64,000 nt of DNA from Bacteroidales bacterium (GCA_029010575.1 JAQXKS010000061.1:20580-84579), one strand, 5' to 3'. Positions 1 through 9,482 are shown, numbered from the stretch's first letter. Translations and numbers: made by a program. The notes: generated from the letters alone by a model not told the origin.

Positions 1-464
1 TCAAGACTCCCATTGTTGACGATAATAGCGGAATAGAAATGATCTGCCAGTCTGACTCTTTCCTCATCCCTCTTTTGTCTTTCTTCATCGATGTCTATAA
101 GATTTTTCACATCTCTTCGTATATAAATTGGAATGATACGAAATTCAAGTTGGAATTTTCTCTGCATTTCCACCAAAGCCCTTTCGTCAATGATGTAAGT
201 ACATGGTCGATATTGGGGAACCTGAGCTTTATTGGCCCAATAATGGTGGCCCCCAAACTGGGTATAGGCAAGCATTACATCTTTTGATGGCATCTGCTCT
301 TCAGTTACAAAAAGATGTTCAACCCCATCTTGTTCCCCTGGACGCATTGGCCTGGTGGTATAGGAGATTATCGTAGGAATGTTATGATGCTGGCAAAGAT
401 AATTGGCCAGTGTAGTTTTCCCACATCCAGAGGGGCCTACAATTGCGATGATTGTTCGTTTCAT
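1..464 (-). CDS. guanylate kinase-like (d)NMP kinase; C-terminal end runs off the window
   Basis: Own minus-strand translation from ATG at 464: MKRTIIAIVGPSGCGKTTLANYL.. (P-loop). It is followed by TTRPMRPGEQDGVEHLFV, close to the guanylate-kinase signature TTRxxRxxExxGxxYxF. ATGA overlap with the stop of the upstream gene. Absent from the ORF track because no stop lies in the window. Confidence 0.6.
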   Translation of the reverse strand, partial: MKRTIIAIVGPSGCGKTTLANYLCQHHNIPTIISYTTRPMRPGEQDGVEHLFVTEEQMPSKDVMLAYTQFGGHHYWANKAQVPQYRPCTYIIDERALVEMQRKFQLEFRIIPIYIRRDVKNLIDIDEERQKRDEERVRLADHFYSAIIVNNGSL

Positions 465-2632
465 AGTATTTCCAATACGCTTTTTCTATAGAATTGTAAG
501 TTATTCTTGCCCTGATAATCGCTGTATTTCACAACCGCAGAGCAAATAATCAACTTGTCCTTAGCGTGCAACAATTGCCCACGCATTTCTGCATACTCTT
601 CACTCCAAACAATACATTCACAGGTATCGTTATTTTGCTGCAAGACCATTTTACAGAAGGTCTTTTTCTCACCTGTTTTCTTATCTTGGTATTGTTTTTC
701 CTCTACTTCAACTACGGTTGCACAAATAGCCACTTTTCTGTCTTCCTCTTCCAGAGGGGCAATATCTTGGATAGTGACATACGAAGCTCTTCCCTTGATT
801 TTAGTCTTGGCCTCTGAATTATCATAGATACGCTTATAATCTATAGCACCCATTCCAGATACTGCTATTTGTTGTTGGCTCCACCAGTAGTGCTTACCAC
901 GCATATCTTCCGGGACATCTTTCTCCGTAATTTCAAAGCCAAGTTGCGTAGCTGCCTTTTCCATTATTGCATAACGCTCCACTACAGATTCAGCGTGCTC
1001 CAGTTTGTCAAAGCAACCGGCAAAGATGAGATTTCTGATGTGTCGCGCATTAACTGGACATCTTGTTGCTTCATCCTCGTTGTCGGGATCATCCCAGTAT
1101 TCGTATTTTTTCAACTTATACTTGAAGATACGGTCAATGAAGTTCTCAATGCTGGTAAATTCTCCATTCTTGTCTCGCTCATTGATAATCCACTCAACCG
1201 CCTTTATTCCAAGCATCTTAATTCTGGAAAGAGACCAGAAAATTGAGTTTGTATTATAATCCGTGTAAAAGATTTGCCTGCTGATATTGATGTCCGGAGC
1301 TACTACCTTGGCATTACTACAAGCTTCCATTTCGCCCATTAAGGATACAATTTCCTTATCATCGGCCCATTGAAGAGCAACGGTATAGAAAGCTACCGGG
1401 AAGTTAGTTTTTAGCCACGCTCCCGCATAAGCAGTAGCAGCATAGGCAGTAGCGTGAGATTTATTGAAGCAATATGTACCGGCATCTTCAATCTGCGCCC
1501 ATATCTTATCGGCATCTTCCTGAGGGCAACCATTTTCTTTTGCCCCTTTCATAAACTTTTCCTTCATGGCCTGGATCTTGTCCACTTTCTTTTTAGACAC
1601 GAACTTCACCAGTTTCACACCATCTCCAAGGCTGAATCCCCCTACCTCACGAGCCATACTTACAATCTGCTCTTGATATACCACTACTCCGAATGTATTT
1701 TTCAGAGAATTATATGTACCCCAAAGATATACTGGGGCTACCAAACCATTCTTACAGTTTACATATTCATCGATATTGCCCATCGTAGCCGGACGATAAA
1801 TTGCATTGGCGGCAATCAAATCTTCAAGGCAATTGGGTTTCATATCTATCAGCAGTTTTGTAATACCCTTGGAACTGAACTGGAAGACATTTTGTGTATA
1901 GCCTTTACCAAGTATTTCATAAACCTTAGGATCATCCATATCCCCAGTTACGATACCTTCCAATGACACATCTTTACCGTAATGCTCTTTGATAAGGTCG
2001 AATGTTTGATGAAGTTTGGAAAGTTCTTTGGTAGCTAAGCAGTCGTTTTTTAGCAATCCCAATTCATCCAGCTCATATCCATCATTTTCGCTGACCAATA
2101 CTCCATCTATTTTCTTAATTGGTACGAAATCAAAACACTCCATATCTTCGCCGTCTTTCTCATCAGGCGTGATAAGTAATGCTGAAGCGTGTATTGAACT
2201 GGAGCGAGGCTGAAACATCAGCGTTCTGATGTCTTCAAACAGTTGTGGGTAGTCAGCAATGAACTTGGCAACCTTTTTCTCAGTTGCAGCTAATTTGAAG
2301 ATACCTGTATAGTCACACTTATCATCATCAAAGATTGCTGTGATATAGTTAACGAGGCTTACTGGTATCCTCATTGTACGAGCCACATCTTTAAGGCACG
2401 CCTTAACTTTAAGCGTAGTCAAGGTTCCAGCAGAAAATACTCTCTGCTTCCCATTGTGATTATATCGCTGCTCGGTATATGCCTTGACATCTTGCCTCCT
2501 GTCTGACTGAAAGTCGCAATCTACATCTGGAAGACTTCCTCCGGGGCCTTGTAAATAACCTTTATCAACAAAGGTATCTAATACAGTAACCGGGGAGTTG
2601 GTATGCCTAATTTTAACGCTTTTAATTTTCAT
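461..2632 (-). CDS. dnaE: DNA polymerase III alpha (DnaE-type), C-terminal fragment (palm catalytic aspartates, fingers, C-terminal OB-like region)
   Basis: After a 32-aa non-homologous head it reads SLPDVDCDFQSDRRQDVKAYTEQRY..QRVFSAGTLTTLKVKACLKDVARTM, the PDxDxDF catalytic block and following region of DnaE. Also FNKSHATAYAATAYAGAWLKTNFP (conserved F-N-K-S-H-x-A-Y motif). Confidence 0.85.
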   Translation of the reverse strand: MKIKSVKIRHTNSPVTVLDTFVDKGYLQGPGGSLPDVDCDFQSDRRQDVKAYTEQRYNHNGKQRVFSAGTLTTLKVKACLKDVARTMRIPVSLVNYITAIFDDDKCDYTGIFKLAATEKKVAKFIADYPQLFEDIRTLMFQPRSSSIHASALLITPDEKDGEDMECFDFVPIKKIDGVLVSENDGYELDELGLLKNDCLATKELSKLHQTFDLIKEHYGKDVSLEGIVTGDMDDPKVYEILGKGYTQNVFQFSSKGITKLLIDMKPNCLEDLIAANAIYRPATMGNIDEYVNCKNGLVAPVYLWGTYNSLKNTFGVVVYQEQIVSMAREVGGFSLGDGVKLVKFVSKKKVDKIQAMKEKFMKGAKENGCPQEDADKIWAQIEDAGTYCFNKSHATAYAATAYAGAWLKTNFPVAFYTVALQWADDKEIVSLMGEMEACSNAKVVAPDINISRQIFYTDYNTNSIFWSLSRIKMLGIKAVEWIINERDKNGEFTSIENFIDRIFKYKLKKYEYWDDPDNEDEATRCPVNARHIRNLIFAGCFDKLEHAESVVERYAIMEKAATQLGFEITEKDVPEDMRGKHYWWSQQQIAVSGMGAIDYKRIYDNSEAKTKIKGRASYVTIQDIAPLEEEDRKVAICATVVEVEEKQYQDKKTGEKKTFCKMVLQQNNDTCECIVWSEEYAEMRGQLLHAKDKLIICSAVVKYSDYQGKNNLQFYRKSVLEIL

Positions 2633-3956
2633 AATACATACTCTTATAAGTCACTCTATCGAAGATATTACCGTGTGCCTTATAAGCGTGTTCAAAAGCA
2701 CTCAATTCATGATCTGGGAAGATCATACGCTGGGAGATGAAGTTTTCCGAGGCGATGCCTTCCAGCGAGGTACATCGGCTCAACGCTACATAAAGTTGTC
2801 CTGGGCAGAACATTCCTTTAGAATGAATTACGATATTATCAAATGTCAATCCCTGACTTTTATGAATAGTGATTGCCCAAGCCAAAGTGAGAGGAATTTG
2901 CTTGCAACCTCCCTTAACAACTCGTTCAATCTTCTTCTCTGGTACACCATTCACCAGACATTCCTGTACTTTATATTCAGCCTGTTCCCAGTTGAACGGC
3001 GCAAGCTCGACAGTATTGCCATTATCGAGAGCCACAGTTACTGTATTCTCAGATAGAGCCGAAACAAAGCCCAAAGAGCCATTGTAAAAGCGATGCTCTC
3101 TATCATTCACCAAGGTCATTACTCTGGCCCCGATACGCAAGCTCAAAACATCATCACAGGGCATAGAATTAGCATTGAAATCGCCATCCAATATAGCCTT
3201 ATATGAATGTGTGGGTGTTCCCAACAGTTTATGATTGATTTCTACTACATCATTTTTCAATGAGCAGATATGAATGTATTTGCCGCCATAATCTGCGCTC
3301 AGAGTTTTGTTCCTACGCTCTTCCAAGCTGGCAATATCGTCAGGGGTTAAACGATAGTTGCGTATATTATTAAGGATGGTAATGAAATTGGCATCTGACT
3401 GCCTAAAAATATGTGTCAGTTCAACGATACGAAAACCCTTCTCACGAAAGACTTTTGCATTGAAGAAATATGGCCCAGGGTAATATGTAGCTAACGCATT
3501 CTTTTCTGCTGAAGTCACTACCGGTGGCAATTGATGCAAATCTCCAAACATAACTACCTGTATGCCCCCAAAAGGTTCAGAGTTTTGACGATATAAGCGC
3601 AACTTGATGTCCACGAAATCTAAGACATCTGCACGCACCATACTGATTTCATCAATCACCAATATATCAATGGCATTGGCCAATGCTTTCTTGGCTGGAA
3701 AGAACTTAGAATCCTGAGCAGATGTAGGCCCAAGTACACCAAATGGTATATTGAGAAAACTGTGTAAGGTAATGCCACCCGCATTTACAGCCGCTATGCC
3801 GGTAGGAGCGGTGATGATGAATCGTTTCTCTATGTTTTCAACTATATATTTAAGGAATGTGGTTTTCCCTGTTCCAGCTTTACCAGTGATATATAAGTTT
3901 TCATTGGTATTCTGGATCAACTCGATGGCTTGCTGCATTTCATCGGTTACTATCAT
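2622..3956 (-). CDS. Pif1/RecD-family SF1 helicase, located between the two dnaE fragments
   Basis: Walker A GKAGTGKTT, Walker B VIDEISMV, FGDLHQLPPV, and C-terminal ITIHKSQGLTFD, typical of Pif1/RecD helicases. ATGA overlap upstream and 11-nt overlap downstream. Confidence 0.8.
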   Translation of the reverse strand: MIVTDEMQQAIELIQNTNENLYITGKAGTGKTTFLKYIVENIEKRFIITAPTGIAAVNAGGITLHSFLNIPFGVLGPTSAQDSKFFPAKKALANAIDILVIDEISMVRADVLDFVDIKLRLYRQNSEPFGGIQVVMFGDLHQLPPVVTSAEKNALATYYPGPYFFNAKVFREKGFRIVELTHIFRQSDANFITILNNIRNYRLTPDDIASLEERRNKTLSADYGGKYIHICSLKNDVVEINHKLLGTPTHSYKAILDGDFNANSMPCDDVLSLRIGARVMTLVNDREHRFYNGSLGFVSALSENTVTVALDNGNTVELAPFNWEQAEYKVQECLVNGVPEKKIERVVKGGCKQIPLTLAWAITIHKSQGLTFDNIVIHSKGMFCPGQLYVALSRCTSLEGIASENFISQRMIFPDHELSAFEHAYKAHGNIFDRVTYKSMYYEN

Positions 3957-5659
3957 AACTCGTCAATCGTAAAGAGTTCATCCTTGTTATCGAACAGAAT
4001 AATGTCCTCATCTCGGAGTTCGTCTGCATATATCGTGATGGGTGCTTCCTCTCCTTCACGCTTTACATACAACTGTGCATCCTTGTCAATTTTTATCGTT
4101 TTGCCGTTTTCAAGTGTAATTTCCACATAATCTGTTGAAGAGATGTCTTCACCTATTATGGTTGTGTCTGAAGGGTAAAGACCTGCGCGTTCCGGCAAAA
4201 GGAAACGCTCAAAAATCAGATCATACTTCAACGGATCAATTAGCGTGATTCCCAGCAAGTAAAGAAGAAGAGAACCGGCGGCTGAACCTCGCCCACAACC
4301 TACCAAAATATTATTCTTACGGCTCCAGTTACAAGTATCGTATTGTACAAGAAGGTAATCAACATTGTTCGTGCTTTCAATGATGTATTTTTCATACTCC
4401 ATCTGATTACGATATTTTTCCTGGCTTTCTTTATCTTTAGGAACGAGCCTGTCAAACCCCTCTTCAAGTAGTTGACAAAACATATTATGAACAGTGCCAT
4501 ATTTTTCCTTTTCCTCAGGAGTCATTGTGTATTTAGGCATAAAGTTCCTATCATTCTCAAACTTAGCCTCAGCATGTTCAGCGATGTAGTTGGCATTATC
4601 AACACATTCACGGAACAATTTGTCAATATCCCAACGCTCGGCATCAAACAGATTAGCAAATAGCGCATAATGCTCATCTGCATCTTTGAAATACTGTTCA
4701 TCACTTTGTTCGTGGGCCGCACCGCTTGCAACTTTGTTAAGGATAATTTTATTTCTTGCGTCACTTTTGTCCAAATAATATGCGTCTGTAATCAGGACTG
4801 GCGGCAATTTGTCATATAACTTATGGAAGTATAGTTTCTGGGCCTCTAATACGCGTATATCTATCCTCTCGGCCTTGAATTCAGTTAAATCTACCTGGAA
4901 GAATGTTTTATCAAACTTCGTAATCAAATCTTCCATTTGAACTGGATGGGAAATGAGCCAGTCTGCCGAATATTTATCAAACACGAGCACATTACCCTCC
5001 CCACGATTTTTCAGTTCATTAAAGGTGACGGTCTGATCTTCACTATCCACCATTATAGCTTTCTGAATACGAAGCAGGTTTCTCAGGCCCTTTTGTGTCT
5101 GAACATATACCTTGGCCCCTACAGTTTCTTCTCCGTACTTAAAGGTCAAAGAATAACCAAAAACCCATTTGATTCCAGCTGCCGAACAAACCTTCTGAAG
5201 ATTGTAACAAGCAGCCATTGTATTTCGGTCGCAAATACCTATAGCCTTATGACCACAAAACACAGCTTTCTTAACCCACATTTCGGGCATAAAGCTGCCA
5301 TTGAGCAATTCAAACGGGCTATGACACCCCAGATTTACAATTTCATACTGATGTTGAAGTTCCGCTTTTATTCCTACATATTTCAAGATATTCAGAGCAA
5401 ATCCTTTGCGTAAATCAAAGTAATACCAATTGTCACCGAATTTGAAAACTATGTAATTGATGCCCTCAGCGATCAATACGCTCGGCTCTTCAACACTGTT
5501 GAAAATCAATTCACCATCATTGTTCAGACGAAAGATAGAATTCAACTTATTGGTATTCTCATAGTACGCCTTGCCCAATCCTGGCATTTCAATTACCTCG
5601 TTGTCGATGATATTATACTGTATTTTATTGGCTTGCAGCCATTCAATCAAATCATTCAT
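3953..5659 (-). CDS. dnaE: DNA polymerase III alpha (DnaE-type), N-terminal fragment (degenerate PHP domain to start of palm)
   Basis: PHP-like region GCHSPFELLNGS..AIGICDRNTM..GIKWVFGYSL. It ends with GCGRGSAAGSLLLYLLGITLIDPLKYDLIFERFLLPERAG, the conserved GRGSAAGS..FERFLNPER block, then a 75-aa non-DnaE tail. Confidence 0.85.
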   Translation of the reverse strand: MNDLIEWLQANKIQYNIIDNEVIEMPGLGKAYYENTNKLNSIFRLNNDGELIFNSVEEPSVLIAEGINYIVFKFGDNWYYFDLRKGFALNILKYVGIKAELQHQYEIVNLGCHSPFELLNGSFMPEMWVKKAVFCGHKAIGICDRNTMAACYNLQKVCSAAGIKWVFGYSLTFKYGEETVGAKVYVQTQKGLRNLLRIQKAIMVDSEDQTVTFNELKNRGEGNVLVFDKYSADWLISHPVQMEDLITKFDKTFFQVDLTEFKAERIDIRVLEAQKLYFHKLYDKLPPVLITDAYYLDKSDARNKIILNKVASGAAHEQSDEQYFKDADEHYALFANLFDAERWDIDKLFRECVDNANYIAEHAEAKFENDRNFMPKYTMTPEEKEKYGTVHNMFCQLLEEGFDRLVPKDKESQEKYRNQMEYEKYIIESTNNVDYLLVQYDTCNWSRKNNILVGCGRGSAAGSLLLYLLGITLIDPLKYDLIFERFLLPERAGLYPSDTTIIGEDISSTDYVEITLENGKTIKIDKDAQLYVKREGEEAPITIYADELRDEDIILFDNKDELFTIDEL

Positions 5660-6702
5660 AACTGTACTATATTAAGTCCATACTCAATTGGTGTTTTCAA
5701 ATTGATGGAGAAAACATCATATATGTCCCAGAAATCCATGCTGTCAAAATCCTGCTCAGGATCTGAAATGAAGGCAATGTAAGTGTCAAAATATTCATTG
5801 AGCTTTGATGCTGCCGATTTGATACTTTCAACTGCATCGCCATCATAACCGATAACAACTGTTCTCACACCCTTTGCTTGCAGTTTATATATCTGGGCAT
5901 CAGAAATCTTTTTGCCGAATGTGGCCACCGCTGCAATACTATGATTGTCATACAGGTTGAGTTTTCTGGTAAGCGCAATAACATCAAACACACCCTCACA
6001 AATGATTACAGTGTCGGTTTCATCTTCAATTACAGAATCATAATTATAGAGCAACTTCACAAAATCATTCTCACCCTCCTTAAAGCCACTGTTGTTGTAA
6101 CGGCGAATTTCATATTTTCCATTCAATCTGGCTTGTTTATTATGCTCCTCTATCTTCTCCTTACTCCAAGTATGACGAGATATGTAGCCAACAATATCAC
6201 CATTATCAATAATGGGGAATACTACATAATCATCAAATTTGAAATTCAAACCTCTGGTGGTTCCAACTGGGAAGAAATCAAAGTCATCGTAAGTAAAGCC
6301 ACGAGATTTAAGATAGCTATTCTTGTAGCATCTCTTCCATCCTTCGGGCATTTCCACAATGTTCAATTCGTCATCTATTTCATCCTCATCCAGATTAACA
6401 AATTGCGGAATTGTAACCGGCCCGAATGATGCTGTTTCTTCAATTTTAAGGTCTGTGCGGCCAATATCGTCAAGAAGACGATTAACATCCTTAACTGTAT
6501 GACCACATGAAAAGCAGTGCCCCATAAATAGCTTCTTCTTGGCGGTCTCTGTTCCCACATATATACCGAACTTACCTCCAGTATGCCCACAATAAGGACA
6601 TATAGGAACAATGATATTCTTACGCCCTCCATCCAGTTTAGCGTGTAATTCAGTACACAACTCCTGAATCAAGTATTCCTTTTCCTCTCTGCTGATATAC
6701 AT
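5656..6702 (-). CDS. DNA primase (zinc-ribbon plus TOPRIM, DnaG/T7 gp4-primase-like)
   Basis: CPYCGH..HCFSCGH zinc-binding motif. TOPRIM-like ICEGVFDVIAL and VVIGYDGD. Sits directly between the helicase and polymerase genes. Confidence 0.7.
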   Translation of the reverse strand: MYISREEKEYLIQELCTELHAKLDGGRKNIIVPICPYCGHTGGKFGIYVGTETAKKKLFMGHCFSCGHTVKDVNRLLDDIGRTDLKIEETASFGPVTIPQFVNLDEDEIDDELNIVEMPEGWKRCYKNSYLKSRGFTYDDFDFFPVGTTRGLNFKFDDYVVFPIIDNGDIVGYISRHTWSKEKIEEHNKQARLNGKYEIRRYNNSGFKEGENDFVKLLYNYDSVIEDETDTVIICEGVFDVIALTRKLNLYDNHSIAAVATFGKKISDAQIYKLQAKGVRTVVIGYDGDAVESIKSAASKLNEYFDTYIAFISDPEQDFDSMDFWDIYDVFSINLKTPIEYGLNIVQL

Positions 6703-6703
6703 A

Positions 6704-8062
6704 CTAATTCACTTTATTGATGTTCATACTGCGCTGACGGTCATAAAAGCATTCGTGCTGATAGTCCGTAGCTATTCTGAAAGGCTCTCCCTTTTCAAAG
6801 AAGCGGGATTTAGCGACAAATAATCTCATTGTATGCTCTTTCCTCTCTCTATCTGACTGATTGAGCGTCACCAAATGTGTAAGAGGCCTGGCAATACCCT
6901 TTGCTTCTGAAGAGTTATATTCGGTAAGTACATTCTTCTCGTCATTTAACCACTCACGATTTTCGATGGTGGACTGATAGGTTACTACCATCCAAACATT
7001 CTCATCAGATGCCAAATCCTTCAGATCGTTGGCCACTGCAATGCGTTTATGCCGCTCTCCGTTTTCGCCCCATTGCCTACCTGATGAATCTGTAAGAAGG
7101 TCAAGTGAATCTATAATAATGACATCTGGATTGATTCCGTAATGTTTGCGAAAATCAGCAATACTGTTTTTTATATCTACCGTAGATACATTGCAATTGA
7201 ATTTCGGGTATGATTTCACATATAGCTTTCCGGCAATGGATTGAAGTTGTTCTTCAAATTTTGCAATATCTACATCACGAATGGTTCCAGTTTCATATCT
7301 AAAAGAATCGCATGAAACAAGGGCGGCAGAATAAGCGTTTACGGCCTCTTCTTTACTACCCTCTAACTGGAAATGTAGAACATTCAAGCCATCTACTTGA
7401 CACGCATTCTTACCTATCCATCGGGCAATATGACTCTTTCCTACGCCCGTAGGGGCCATGAAGCAAGTCAGCTGGGTGCGAAGTTCCCTTCCACCATTCA
7501 TTTCATCCAGCTCATCAATGTAGAATCGTGTAATTGGTGAACGCCTCGTATTGTCATTATGCTTTTGACGATTTTGCTTGAAACGCAAGCTAAAGGTATC
7601 GATCACATCCACAAACTCAGGCGATTTAAGGCTAAAGGATTGTGCCCATTCACAGTATTCCAGAAGCTTAGTAGATGCCTTTTCGTGCCCCTGCTTATTA
7701 TAAAGTTCACCAACTTCTTTGTAGATTTTCTGGAATTTTACCTGCTTAATGTAACTTTCCAGTTGTTCTAAAAGTTGCTCATTGCTAATGATAGATGCAC
7801 TTTCAAATATATCTTCCAATAGATTGACTACACCTTTATCATTGGCTACCATTTGTTTCAGAATACTATATGATGGAGCTTGCTTATACTCTTTATAATA
7901 GGAGTATATGCAGGTGTGAAGCTTGATAAAATCTTTATCAGGCAGGAAATTCTTATGTATATGCTCCATTACAATTGCAAGAATGTACTCATTCTGCATG
8001 CAAGTGAAATAGACATCCATCAAGAATTCTTCCGTCAAGACACTATTTTGTTGATTCGCCAT
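6704..8062 (-). CDS. DnaB-like replicative helicase
   Basis: Walker A FMAPTGVGKSH, Walker B VIIIDSLDLL. Size is about 450 aa with a helical N-terminal domain. Adjacent to primase. Confidence 0.7.
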   Translation of the reverse strand: MANQQNSVLTEEFLMDVYFTCMQNEYILAIVMEHIHKNFLPDKDFIKLHTCIYSYYKEYKQAPSYSILKQMVANDKGVVNLLEDIFESASIISNEQLLEQLESYIKQVKFQKIYKEVGELYNKQGHEKASTKLLEYCEWAQSFSLKSPEFVDVIDTFSLRFKQNRQKHNDNTRRSPITRFYIDELDEMNGGRELRTQLTCFMAPTGVGKSHIARWIGKNACQVDGLNVLHFQLEGSKEEAVNAYSAALVSCDSFRYETGTIRDVDIAKFEEQLQSIAGKLYVKSYPKFNCNVSTVDIKNSIADFRKHYGINPDVIIIDSLDLLTDSSGRQWGENGERHKRIAVANDLKDLASDENVWMVVTYQSTIENREWLNDEKNVLTEYNSSEAKGIARPLTHLVTLNQSDRERKEHTMRLFVAKSRFFEKGEPFRIATDYQHECFYDRQRSMNINKVN

Positions 8063-8636
8063 ATTCTACTCTGATCCTGTATAGTTCCGGGTATTTTTTG
8101 CCCGTTTCTAACTTGCATTGATTAATGAAGTTGCACTGCACACAAGCCTCAGATATAGGACTCCACCCTAATGTGGATGATTGACAAATTGCATATCCAA
8201 TTTGAGAATTAAGCAACCTTAGTTTTGTAGCCTCTTCAGACTTCATAAAAATATATTTAGCCTGAGGATGCTCACTCCTATCGCTGATAAGATTAATAAG
8301 ATAGTTACGGTCAAGGCTTCGCTCTCTTAACCATTTATCTTCATAATACCTTGTGGCATGTTTTGAGTCATTGAGCCGTTTGATTGATGCGGGGCCGAAT
8401 GCTTGCTTAATTGTCCAGCTCTCTCTGTTCCTGTAGGCATAGGCCGTGCAAACGCAGAAATCAACCAGTCTTTCTTGCGTTACGGCCCCAAATTCGGATT
8501 CAAACAACTGAAGGAAGTTATCTAATGTGCGTATTGTTGCACCGCCCTGTGAAAATTTGAATGACGGATTCACCATTTTTCGCTCCACCTCTGTGAAAAC
8601 AGCGATAATATTTTTAATCCATTTTCCGTTTTCCAT
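8043..8636 (-). CDS. hypothetical protein (C-terminal CxxC..C cluster)
   Basis: Long ORF overlapping the neighbours in operon style. The track start 8639 is GTG and the ATG is at 8636. No motif recognised apart from CVQCNFINQC. Confidence 0.4.
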   Translation of the reverse strand: MENGKWIKNIIAVFTEVERKMVNPSFKFSQGGATIRTLDNFLQLFESEFGAVTQERLVDFCVCTAYAYRNRESWTIKQAFGPASIKRLNDSKHATRYYEDKWLRERSLDRNYLINLISDRSEHPQAKYIFMKSEEATKLRLLNSQIGYAICQSSTLGWSPISEACVQCNFINQCKLETGKKYPELYRIRVEYGESTK

Positions 8637-9240
8637 CACGAGTTAAATACTTCTTCATAAATTGTCTGGCCAAATACAAACGGCTCTTGACTGTTTCAAC
8701 ATTGTGTGATTTTAAGGTTCCCCTTTCATATTCAATGTCAGCTATCTCTTTCAGTGAATACCCGGCTTCTTGAAGCATCAAGGCATCACGGTGAATAGGT
8801 TTCATTTTATCGAGAACCCAAAGGATGTCATCATTATAGAAGTCTCTGTAATTGGTAACATCCATCAAATTTGCCGATGGTTTATCGGGGGCTGAAAGAA
8901 CTTCTTCATAACTTTCAATATCACGATCACAGTTTTTGGATTCCTTATCTCGATACCGCTTGCGCTCCAATTCTAACACACACCGTTTCGTCACGATATG
9001 TAGCCAAGTTCGGATTGGACGATTGGGATCATAAGTTTCTATGCCGCGATAAAAGTTGATAAGCACTTCATTGTAGTTCTCTTCAACATGGGACAAATCC
9101 CATGAATATTCCATGGTTAACTTATACACCATGTTGAAATAGGGAACTACATATTGCTGGAAGAGTTCATTGCGCTTCTTGATAACAGCTGGATCTAAAT
9201 CTCGCTCTGATCTTTCGGCACTGTGTATTTTGTTCTCCAT
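8614..9240 (-). CDS. sigma-70 family (ECF-like) RNA polymerase sigma factor
   Basis: Region-2-like YNEVLINFYRGIETYDPNRPIRTWLHIVTKRCVLELERKR. Region-4 HTH-like LMLQEAGYSLKEIADIE..VETVKSRLYLARQFMKKYL. Confidence 0.65.
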   Translation of the reverse strand: MENKIHSAERSERDLDPAVIKKRNELFQQYVVPYFNMVYKLTMEYSWDLSHVEENYNEVLINFYRGIETYDPNRPIRTWLHIVTKRCVLELERKRYRDKESKNCDRDIESYEEVLSAPDKPSANLMDVTNYRDFYNDDILWVLDKMKPIHRDALMLQEAGYSLKEIADIEYERGTLKSHNVETVKSRLYLARQFMKKYLTRDGKRKMD

Positions 9241-9482
9241 TGAACAGCAACTTCTTGGTTAAACATTAAAGTTGCCTTGTCAGTCAATTGATGAACTACA
9301 CAGTACCTTTTCCAACGATTCTCCTGACGAATAAATTCATCACGAACCTCTTGATCAGATGGTTTAGGCTGCTTGTCAAGGAAGGCAAAAAATTCCTCTA
9401 ACAACTCACCAAGTTTGTTCATAGCAAGCATGGTGATTCGCGCCTGGGCTTTTCTTTCGCGCCTTGCAAGACTACTGCTCAT
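9195..9482 (-). CDS. hypothetical protein
   Basis: ORF in operon context with TAATG overlap to the upstream gene. No motif recognised. Confidence 0.35.
   Translation of the reverse strand: MSSSLARRERKAQARITMLAMNKLGELLEEFFAFLDKQPKPSDQEVRDEFIRQENRWKRYCVVHQLTDKATLMFNQEVAVQWRTKYTVPKDQSEI

Noticed and set aside
555-2213. Plus-strand ORFs (555-827, 869-1246, 1454-1966, 2016-2213, and many similar throughout 1-55900) antisense to long minus-strand genes
   Set aside because: They lie entirely within well-supported minus-strand genes and have low-complexity or hydrophobic translations without motifs. They are typical shadow ORFs.
2537-4180. Canonical, splicing-competent (split) intein in dnaE
   Set aside because: There is no Cys/Ser/Thr at the predicted intein position 1, no block-B Thr-x-x-His, and no terminal His-Asn. 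The three parts are also separate ORFs with stops. Only a degenerate Hint-like resemblance remains, and it is reported as a hypothesis.
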